This document shows positions 17,971 to 24,521 of a stretch of 32,000 nt of DNA, piece after piece. The translations under genes and the position numbers were made by a program. Source of the DNA: an uncultured Gammaproteobacteria bacterium. Its GTDB lineage: Bacteria > Patescibacteriota > Microgenomatia > Daviesbacterales > UBA10151. Positions within the stretch are counted from its first letter, which is position 1. Each line of letters opens with the position of its first letter. The DNA lies in NCBI GenBank assembly GCA_964360965.1, contig CAYHYM010000001.1, positions 30,001 through 62,000 of the forward strand. The letters are read 5' to 3'. Below the pieces are notes generated by a model that saw nothing but the letters and a program-made list of their open reading frames with translations, ran no database searches and was not told the origin of the DNA.

Positions 17971-18665
17971 AAAACAGCAAATTTTTGAAGGGAAATATGA
18001 GAAATTAGGCACACAAAAATGCTTGATAAAAAACTTATGCCTTTTATAATTAAATTTATCCTGAGCAAGCCTGAAGGACTCCTCCCTAATCCCACTTCTC
18101 TGACATCGCATAACCATGATTGTCCGACATTATTATATTTGGGGAAGAATGCGGAAAAGAGAGAATAGCCTTGGTCTTCTGATACGTGAGTAAAGAATCT
18201 CTAGATTACTCTCATGATCCTTCGCTAACGCTTGGGATGACAACTAGAAGAGCACCTCTCCTCCAAGAGGCTTCGGGTATTCTATGTAAGAAAGAATAAG
18301 CAATTATATGCACTAACTGACAGATTACTTTTAATCTTCAAGCGTCCATCCTTTTGCCGTAGGCAAAAGTGTACAGAGCTAATAACGAGAGTAAGATCGT
18401 GTGAGTCCTTAGAGTACGGAGTGCTATTGTGACAACGATCACAATAGTAGCGCAGTACTCGGGGGCTCGTAGTGCACGAACATCGTGAGAGCACGAAGAG
18501 ACCCATAGTTTTCCACATTTGAACTTGGCAAATATATAAAACTATATCACCTATAGTTTTCACGAAATATCTCATAATTTTTCACAGTTCGACTTCGCTC
18601 ACTGCAGGCACTCCTCTACTTCCAATTTGTCTTAACAATCCAATTCTCCATTGTCAATTGATTCT

Positions 18666-19448
18666 CTATCCTATCCAGGAAGTTGTTAAAAATGCTACCA
18701 TAAAAACAGCCATCCCAATAATCAGGTATTCCCATATTACTCTCCTATTCAACCTGTTTTTTAACCATCCTGTCAAAAGTCCCAGTAAAACATACATGGA
18801 AGAAGAAACAGCCAGGGAAAACATCGGGGCTTTGATCGGCCAAAAGGAAAAAGCTAAAGCCAGCTCCCCCAAAACCAAACTTAAAATAAATGTCTGTCCC
18901 AAAATTGCAGTCCCCATACTATCCTCCATCTCCTGAGCCCAAATAAATTGCATGATCAGGGGAAAGCTGATCACAAAAACAAATCCTCCATTTGCCCAAA
19001 ATGGCAAATTAAAAGCAGCCAGTACATTTATGATAAAAAAAGCAGTTATCAGGGTAAATAAAAAATTGGCTGTTGAAGCAGCGCGGTACAAAGGTATGGT
19101 CCTTAATGATGCCACATTAAAGACATTTTGAGAAAGCAGAAGTAAATAAAAAGTCAGACCAAAAAAAAGTCCTACAGGCAGCCTAGTAAGCCAGCGCACA
19201 GGCAGTAAGAAATAAAAGGAGGCCACAGCCAAAGCATAAAGCGTGGGCAAGATCAAAAGTACCACTGCTTTGATGGGACTTAGTCCCTCCCAAAGAGCCC
19301 ACAAAGACAAAAAATAAGCGCTGAGCGCAAGTCCTGCTATAAAGCGAAATCTTAAGTCAAAATCAACCAGTTGGGTGGAAAAAAGGCCCAAAGTTAAAAG
19401 TATGGAAGATATGATAATTTTCTGACGTTTGGTTAAATTTAGATTCAT
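18666..19448 (-). CDS. Polytopic membrane protein, unknown function
   Basis: 260 aa from the MNLNLTKRQ ATG, which overlaps the ruvC stop (ATGA). It has about 7 hydrophobic helices. Confidence 0.7.
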   Translation of the reverse strand: MNLNLTKRQKIIISSILLTLGLFSTQLVDFDLRFRFIAGLALSAYFLSLWALWEGLSPIKAVVLLILPTLYALAVASFYFLLPVRWLTRLPVGLFFGLTFYLLLLSQNVFNVASLRTIPLYRAASTANFLFTLITAFFIINVLAAFNLPFWANGGFVFVISFPLIMQFIWAQEMEDSMGTAILGQTFILSLVLGELALAFSFWPIKAPMFSLAVSSSMYVLLGLLTGWLKNRLNRRVIWEYLIIGMAVFMVAFLTTSWIG

Positions 19449-19978
19449 TTTGCTGCCATCTTCAACACATGACAAATGGCAATGGCCAAGGCATCTGTGG
19501 CATCATCCAAATGTCCGCCGCGCCATGTGACTTTTAGCTTCCTTCTCTTTCTTCCGTTACTCCCCAGAAACTTCCTTACCCCATCATGGACTTGGGTCTT
19601 ATCTGCCCTGCCTGATCCTGCCACCATCAGCTTCACCTGAAGTCCGGTATAATCTTGAATGGGAACCCTATGCTCTGCTGCAGCCAGCATGATCACTCCC
19701 CTAGCTTGACCTACCATGATGGCAGTTCTGGTATTGGCCCCAAAAAATAACATCTCGGAAACCATCTGATCCGGCTTGTATTGTTTTATTATTTTGGTCA
19801 GCTCTGAATGAATCATATGCAGTCTATCCTGCATTAATCTTTCTTTGGGGGTGTATATATTGCCATAAGTTATAAGTTCAATTCCATATTCAAATTCCCT
19901 ACCCAAAATATCATCAGGAACCTTAATTACCCCATATCCGGTTGTAGCTGTTCCAGGATCAATGCCTAGTATTATCAT
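19445..19978 (-). CDS. ruvC: Crossover junction endodeoxyribonuclease RuvC
   Basis: The N-terminus is MIILGIDPGTATTGYGVI. An RNase H-like fold pattern and the C-terminal DDATDALAIAICH are present. Confidence 0.93.
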   Translation of the reverse strand: MIILGIDPGTATTGYGVIKVPDDILGREFEYGIELITYGNIYTPKERLMQDRLHMIHSELTKIIKQYKPDQMVSEMLFFGANTRTAIMVGQARGVIMLAAAEHRVPIQDYTGLQVKLMVAGSGRADKTQVHDGVRKFLGSNGRKRRKLKVTWRGGHLDDATDALAIAICHVLKMAAK

Positions 19979-19990
19979 AACAGTTTTCCA

Positions 19991-19999
19991 ATTCTAACA
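19991..19999 (-). promoter_or_regulatory. Extended -10 (TGtTAGAAT) 12 nt upstream of the ruvC ATG
   Basis: The minus strand reads tgttagaat-tggaaaactgtt-ATG. Confidence 0.4.
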
Positions 20000-20056
20000 C
20001 AGCCATTCATTAGTAGTTTAGACACCTGGGGGGTGGATTAGGCAGGCATGTAGGGA

Positions 20057-20725
20057 TTATTCCAAAATAAGATGTTCAATCAGTTTTAATTTTCTTTGAT
20101 AGTCAGCTTGATCAAATACAAAATGTTTATATTTTTCCCTGCTTCCAAACATATCCAACACTAAATTTGGTTCTAAAAAACCATCATTACCAGTAAGATA
20201 ATTTGAAAAGGATGACCACGGATACTTTTCTAATTCACCAACAGTTCTAACTATAAAATTTGTATAAGGATTTAGGTGTATATATCTTGAAACATGAATA
20301 AACTGTTCATCAGTCTCTATCCTCTTGGCTTTAAATTGATCTAAAAATAAGGAGCCGTCCCGTTCATTCCTGGTATTATGATAACGAGTATAACTATTTT
20401 GGAAATTACCTATAAATTTTGAAATACCATCCTCCATTTTCTGCTTTAACAAGAAATGAAAATGATTGGGCATTAAACAAAAACAAATAATATCAACTAA
20501 TTTTTCTGCCTGGTTCGTAATTTTGGTAATCTCTTTTTGTTTATCTTGTTCCAACTCCAAAAATTTAGATAATCTAATAGGTGGGCTTGAAACTCTATAA
20601 AATTCAATTGCCAAAATTGCCCTTTGGTATTCTTTTTTTGTGGTAAAGGTGGGTTGCTTATTTATACCTCTGTTGTAAACATGGTAGATCTCATCCGTTA
20701 CAAGTGGAATTTTTCTACCTGGCAT
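20057..20725 (-). CDS. REP-associated tyrosine transposase-like (Y1/HUH, IS200-like) protein
   Basis: It has the HUH motif MPNHFHFLL, the catalytic-Tyr region SRYIHLNPY, and YPWSSF as is typical of RAYTs. TATTAT lies 6 nt upstream of the ATG. Confidence 0.85.
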   Translation of the reverse strand: MPGRKIPLVTDEIYHVYNRGINKQPTFTTKKEYQRAILAIEFYRVSSPPIRLSKFLELEQDKQKEITKITNQAEKLVDIICFCLMPNHFHFLLKQKMEDGISKFIGNFQNSYTRYHNTRNERDGSLFLDQFKAKRIETDEQFIHVSRYIHLNPYTNFIVRTVGELEKYPWSSFSNYLTGNDGFLEPNLVLDMFGSREKYKHFVFDQADYQRKLKLIEHLILE

Positions 20726-20756
20726 AAAGTCATAATAGATTAATTATCCCTGGGTG

Positions 20757-21395
20757 TCAACCTGAGACACCCCCCAGGTGTTTATAGGTGTTTATACAGG
20801 TGTTTATATCCACTGAATGGACACTCTCCGGATTCCCTATAACCATTTTGATATCGGCAGGTAGTTCAATCTCATGATGGTAAAATCCATCAACCACGCT
20901 TTTACCAATTTTCATACTAATAGGAGTTTTATAGTCTCTAATAATGGGAACCCCCACGTTGTCTCCTTCTCTAAAAAAGCTTCTCCACTCTGGTTTACCG
21001 ACGTCAGCAGGATAAAAATATTTGAACCTTGCCTTAGCTGCTTCAACATCTACCTGACAATCTGAATCAAAAGTCATACCATTAACACTTACTCTAAGTT
21101 TTAATTCAGATAAACACTGGGTTAACTGCATAAACCATGGTTCAGACACTACAGCTTTTAAATTTATATCAGGCCAATCCCAACCGTCTTTATTGTGATC
21201 TTCTCCAAATCTTACTGATATCAATGCCTGTCTTGAAGGTAACTCCACCTGTCTCACTTCTCCGTTAAATTCCCCGTCAAAAATATACTTTTTAAGTTGA
21301 AAAGCATGAACAACAGAATCACCTGACTGGTAAACTAATCTTCCATTAGTAAAAGGTTCAAATTGTTGATCAAATTTTCTAGTTTCAATATCCAT
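20757..21395 (-). CDS. Hypothetical cytoplasmic protein
   Basis: 212 aa ORF, 8 nt downstream of yebC. No family recognised. Its last ~20 codons are built from the repeat and inverted-repeat sequence next to the RAYT gene. Confidence 0.6.
   Translation of the reverse strand: MDIETRKFDQQFEPFTNGRLVYQSGDSVVHAFQLKKYIFDGEFNGEVRQVELPSRQALISVRFGEDHNKDGWDWPDINLKAVVSEPWFMQLTQCLSELKLRVSVNGMTFDSDCQVDVEAAKARFKYFYPADVGKPEWRSFFREGDNVGVPIIRDYKTPISMKIGKSVVDGFYHHEIELPADIKMVIGNPESVHSVDINTCINTYKHLGGVSG
20776..20807. repeat. Three tandem AGGTGTTTAT units
   Basis: Copies are at 20776-85, 20786-95 and 20798-807. They encode the C-terminal ..DINTCINTYKH.. of ORF 20757..21395. Confidence 0.8.
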
Positions 21396-21403
21396 AATTT
21401 GCC

Positions 21404-22264
21404 TTAAGTAGCCTCTCTTAAAATTTCCTCAGCTATATCAAAATTTGCGTAAACTTTTTGTACATCATCCAACTCCTCTATTTTTCGGGCAAAATCCAGT
21501 ACTTTTTTGGCAGTTTCCTTATCTTTTATTTCCATCAAGGTATTAGGTTTATAAACAATTTCAGCCTGCTCTACCCCATACCCTACTTGAGTAATTTTTG
21601 TACTCATAGTATTTAACTGGGAGCTTTCTACATATACTAAATATCCTCGCTTTTCTTGAGCGTCAGCGAAATCCCTTCGGGTCTGAGCTCTTCGAGTCCG
21701 AGCCTCAGAGTCGAGGACCTCAGGGTCGAAGACCTGAGCGAAGTCGAAGGATTCCACATCCTCCGCTCCCAAATCTATTAACTCCAACATTTCCTGTTCT
21801 CTGTCATCCTCCTTTTCGGGGGCCCGCTGTCCCCTAACTTTTATCTCCCCAATTCTATCAAACATATAAGCCACACTTCCCTGCCCAGCCAAAGAACCAC
21901 CTGCTCTTTCAAATAAATTCTTCACTTCCTGTAAGGTCCTCAGTTTATTATCTGTCATCCCCTCCACTAAAAAGGCCACTTTCCCCGGCCCAAAACCCTC
22001 ATACGTGACTTCTTCAATACTTTGACCGGGTAATTTACCCAAACCCCTGTCAATGGCCCGTTGCACGTTCTCCTTGGGCATATTAACAGCTTTTGCCTCA
22101 TCCATGACTACCCTCAAACGAGGATTAGACTCCGAATCACCGGATCCCCCCATTTTAGCAGCAATAGTGATGGCATTAGCTACTTTAGTAAAGGTCTGTC
22201 CCCTCTTTATATCCGCAGCCCCTTTTTGCCTTTTTATCGTCGACCATTTGGAATGTCCGCTCAT
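21404..22264 (-). CDS. yebC: YebC/PmpR family transcriptional regulator / translation factor, with a ~35 aa internal insertion
   Basis: The N-terminus is MSGHSKWSTIKRQKGAADIKRGQTFTK. Other motifs are NPRLR, YEGFGPGKVA and DDVQKVYANF. At 286 aa it is longer than the ~240-250 aa typical of the family. Confidence 0.93.
   Translation of the reverse strand: MSGHSKWSTIKRQKGAADIKRGQTFTKVANAITIAAKMGGSGDSESNPRLRVVMDEAKAVNMPKENVQRAIDRGLGKLPGQSIEEVTYEGFGPGKVAFLVEGMTDNKLRTLQEVKNLFERAGGSLAGQGSVAYMFDRIGEIKVRGQRAPEKEDDREQEMLELIDLGAEDVESFDFAQVFDPEVLDSEARTRRAQTRRDFADAQEKRGYLVYVESSQLNTMSTKITQVGYGVEQAEIVYKPNTLMEIKDKETAKKVLDFARKIEELDDVQKVYANFDIAEEILREAT
21647..21751 (-). repeat. GC-rich degenerate tandem/palindromic element in frame inside yebC
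   Basis: The units are cctcagagtcgagga / cctcagggtcgaaga / cctgagcgaagtcgaagga, plus tgagcgtcagcgaa. Together they encode SFDFAQVFDPEVLDSEARTRRAQTRRDFADAQEKR. Confidence 0.7.
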
Positions 22265-22271
22265 GCAAGAT

Positions 22272-22280
22272 ATTTTAACA
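22272..22280 (-). promoter_or_regulatory. Extended -10 (TGtTAAAAT) 7 nt upstream of the yebC ATG, so the mRNA is probably leaderless
   Basis: The minus strand reads tgttaaaat-atcttgc-ATG. Confidence 0.5.
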
Positions 22281-22457
22281 CAGCCTGAGAATATATGTTT
22301 TTAAAGTAAGGGTATAGTTTAATGGATAGATCTACCCCACTTGCTACAACTAAACCTTCTCTTGGTGTTTCTGATGCCATATTTTTATGAGCAGAATAAT
22401 AAGACGAGTATACAACTACAAACCCATCTTTGCAAATACCAACAAAAATACGAAACA

Positions 22458-22487
22458 TTGACAAGTTTACTTCCCACACCTTATACT
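22458..22487 (+). promoter_or_regulatory. Sigma70-like promoter TTGACA-18-TATACT, 9 nt upstream of the TPR gene ATG
   Basis: TTGACA is at 22458-22463, TATACT at 22482-22487 and the ATG at 22497. Confidence 0.55.
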
Positions 22488-22496
22488 TTTTCTTTG

Positions 22497-23195
22497 ATGG
22501 ATTCACAACTTGCCATTTCAGCTGCTTTGGAAGGCCGTTTTTCCGAGGCTTTAAAATTAAACCAGCATATCTTAAAAGATGATCCTAAAAATGTAGATGC
22601 CCTAAATCGGTTGGCCAGAGCCTATTTTGAACTGGGAAAACTTATCCTTGCCAAAAAATACTACAATCATGTATTAGAAATTGACTCCTATAACCCTATT
22701 GCCCAAAAAAATTTAAAGATTATTAAAGCCTTCAAAGGCAAAAAAGTAAATGGCATACCAGTTATGCAGCGTATTCAACCTGCCCTTTTCCTGCAAGAAC
22801 CAGGTAAAACAAAGGTGGTAGAAGTTATGAAAGTGGCTGAACCCAATAAATTATCCCAACTTTTCCCCGGACAGAGCGTCAAAATTGTACTTAAAAAAAG
22901 AACCATCACTGTGGTTGACCAAAATGATGTTTATTTGGGGGTTTTGCCTGATGATTTAGCCTATCATTTGATCAGACTTTGCAGGGGGGGCAACAAATTT
23001 CAAGTTTATGTTAAATCTGTCAGAGTTAATGGATTATCACTGATTTTAAAAGAGGTGTTCCGCAGCAAAAGATTTAAAAACCAACCGTCTTTTTTGCCTG
23101 CCAAGGTTTATCATCATCAAGATATCATCAGCCTTCCTGCAAAAGGGGAAAGTATTGATTTAACCTCAGATGATGAAGAAGAGGGAACTAGTTAA
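22497..23195 (+). CDS. TPR-repeat protein with uncharacterised C-terminal beta-rich domain
   Basis: I place the start at MDSQLAISAALEGRF. The upstream 52 codons of the track ORF cover the promoter. TPR-like helices include ALKLNQHILKDDPKNVDALNRLARAYFELGK and AKKYYNHVLEIDSYNPIAQKNL. Confidence 0.7.
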   Translation: MDSQLAISAALEGRFSEALKLNQHILKDDPKNVDALNRLARAYFELGKLILAKKYYNHVLEIDSYNPIAQKNLKIIKAFKGKKVNGIPVMQRIQPALFLQEPGKTKVVEVMKVAEPNKLSQLFPGQSVKIVLKKRTITVVDQNDVYLGVLPDDLAYHLIRLCRGGNKFQVYVKSVRVNGLSLILKEVFRSKRFKNQPSFLPAKVYHHQDIISLPAKGESIDLTSDDEEEGTS

Positions 23196-24126
23196 TTTTT
23201 TGGGCAAAGTCTTCTCCTATAAAAATATTAACCTCGGCCCTTGATTCATATTTTTCATCTTTCATTTCAGAGGATGAGAAAACCTGCATCAGCCTTTTTC
23301 GGGTTTGAGAGGGAGGTGCTGATAAAGTGGAGTGTTTTTGTTTAAATGAGGCATTTGAAGAAATTATGACATTTCCTCCCATATTGGAAATGATCCTGGA
23401 CACTTTTTGGGCAATGCCCGGGAGATCCGTGGCATTATAAACCCCAATTGTTAAACCCTCAGACAAAATGGCATCTTCGGAAAAATTCCCTGTCTCAACT
23501 ATTTTATCCTCTCTTATTCCTATCAACCCTAAGGCAAATCGCCAAAACTCAAACAAGGTGATATTTGTTTTTGAGGAAAGCAGAAGTGATATCAAATCCA
23601 GAGGAGATGAACGCAGCTGCAAGATTAAATCTTTAGCCCTGGTATTTTTAAAAGAACCCCCGGGTTCCCAATATCCATCAAGGGGAATCTCCAGATGTGA
23701 AGAAAAAGAGTTTACCAAAAATGAGTCTCCTGCTTTAGGATTCTCATTTTCACCCAAATCAAAGATTGACCTTGCCTGCCATTCTCCAAATCCTCCCGGA
23801 ACATTAATATAAACCTCATCCCCAACTTCTAAAAGGACCAAAGTTTTCTCTTTGGGATTATAGGATAAAACTGATAAACCGGCAGATTTAACCACCAGAT
23901 TAATATTAAATGCTCCGTCCCAAAGATAATTTTTGGAAATGGTGGTTTCTTTATTTAGCGGAGCAGATATGAAATGGACAAAACGCACTCCATTACCCAC
24001 CATAATTACCAAAATAAGTATGACCAGCGCCCACAGGGCAATTTTGACCTTTTGTTTTGTTTTTTTATGTGACTCAAAAATTTTCCAGCCCATTTTTTTC
24101 ATTGTATAAACAAACCTCTTGACCAT
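23188..24126 (-). CDS. Membrane-anchored LytR_C-domain protein (degenerate LCP-like)
   Basis: It has an N-terminal TM helix. The C-terminal IGVYNATDLPGIAQKVSRIISNMGGNVI matches the LytR_C pattern. TATAAA lies 7 nt upstream of the ATG. Confidence 0.65.
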   Translation of the reverse strand: MVKRFVYTMKKMGWKIFESHKKTKQKVKIALWALVILILVIMVGNGVRFVHFISAPLNKETTISKNYLWDGAFNINLVVKSAGLSVLSYNPKEKTLVLLEVGDEVYINVPGGFGEWQARSIFDLGENENPKAGDSFLVNSFSSHLEIPLDGYWEPGGSFKNTRAKDLILQLRSSPLDLISLLLSSKTNITLFEFWRFALGLIGIREDKIVETGNFSEDAILSEGLTIGVYNATDLPGIAQKVSRIISNMGGNVIISSNASFKQKHSTLSAPPSQTRKRLMQVFSSSEMKDEKYESRAEVNIFIGEDFAQKIN

Positions 24127-24175
24127 GCAAGTTTTTATAGTGTAAACTAACCTTTAAAGGGGGTGATAATAATTT

Positions 24176-24448
24176 ATGGATGATCAAAATACAGTACCGT
24201 CTACTGCGGCGCCAGCGCCAACCTGCACCAGCTGTGGCATGGCCACATCAGGTTATAAATGCGCTGTTTGCGGTGAAGAATCAGCTGCCCATGATCAAGC
24301 TCATGCTTGCGGTGGAGAAAATTGCCAGCCAAAATGTGAGGGCTGTGGACAAGCTGACAGCAAATGTACTTGTCAGCAACCTCAAACTCCATCATCAGGC
24401 CCAACTCCTCCACCTGTGGACACTGGAGCAGCGCCACCTGCAATGTAA
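24176..24448 (+). CDS. Small Cys-rich (12 Cys) probable metal-binding protein with Pro-rich tail
   Basis: 90 aa ORF. Cys motifs are CTSCG..(9)..CAVCG, then HACGGENCQPKCEGCGQADSKCTC. A strong SD (AGGGGGTGA) lies 9 nt upstream of the ATG. Confidence 0.6.
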   Translation: MDDQNTVPSTAAPAPTCTSCGMATSGYKCAVCGEESAAHDQAHACGGENCQPKCEGCGQADSKCTCQQPQTPSSGPTPPPVDTGAAPPAM

Positions 24449-24468
24449 AGTTTAAACCTCAATTAAAC

Positions 24469-24513
24469 CACCTTCCAGGATGGTGTCTGCCGACAGATGA
24501 TTCCTGGAAGGTG
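24469..24513. terminator. Bidirectional hairpin between convergent genes
   Basis: A perfect 12 bp stem pairs caccttccagga (24469-80) with tcctggaaggtg (24502-13). The loop holds an inner tctg/caga stem. There is no clean U-tract. Confidence 0.5.
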
Positions 24514-24521
24514 ACATGACA

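Larger units (their letters stand above)
17598..18665. other. 1.07 kb ORF-free, repeat- and hairpin-rich region (candidate structured ncRNA, regulatory region or decayed element)
   Basis: Only two track ORFs touch it (17908..18117 and 18282..18575) and both translate to repeat-derived junk. See the findings for the internal structure. Confidence 0.6.
20011..20807 (-). mobile_element. RAYT/IS200-like HUH transposase unit bounded by inverted GC-rich repeats
   Basis: A 14 bp perfect inverted repeat pairs acacctggggggtg (20022-20035) with caccccccaggtgt (20768-20781). It extends imperfectly to about 20 bp. These repeats flank CDS 20057..20725. Confidence 0.5.

Noticed and set aside
17908-18117. 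69 aa ORF (minus) inside the large gap.
   Set aside because: It translates the tandem heptamers (..TTNYKLLTTN..) and a dispersed GC-rich repeat (..SFRLAQDK..), so it is a repeat-derived pseudo-ORF.
17650-18129. An 11 nt exact direct repeat ATTGTCCGACA (17650-17660 and 18119-18129) as possible target-site duplication of a ~460 bp element. The word also has a weak DnaA-box resemblance (TTGTCCGAC versus TTATCCACA).
   Set aside because: An 11-mer repeat within 1 kb has a non-negligible chance expectation (order 0.1). No terminal inverted repeats abut the two copies. The DnaA-box match is only 6 of 9. It is worth rechecking only if the region proves conserved.
18282-18575. 97 aa ORF (minus) inside the large gap.
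   Set aside because: Its composition (many Cys, no SD or promoter geometry) fits a chance frame, and it coincides exactly with the hairpin-rich segment. It could in principle be a real Cys-rich peptide, but nothing supports that.
22261-22506. 81 aa minus-strand ORF, and the long 5' extension of ORF 22341..23195, in the yebC/TPR divergent region.
   Set aside because: Both cover the two divergent promoters. The TPR protein has a clean start at 22497 directly behind TTGACA-18-TATACT.
24180-24455. Alternative-frame and antisense ORFs (24180..24455 +, 24201..24443 -) overlapping the Cys-rich gene.
   Set aside because: They lack the SD/ATG context and give no Cys periodicity. Only one frame can plausibly be coding.
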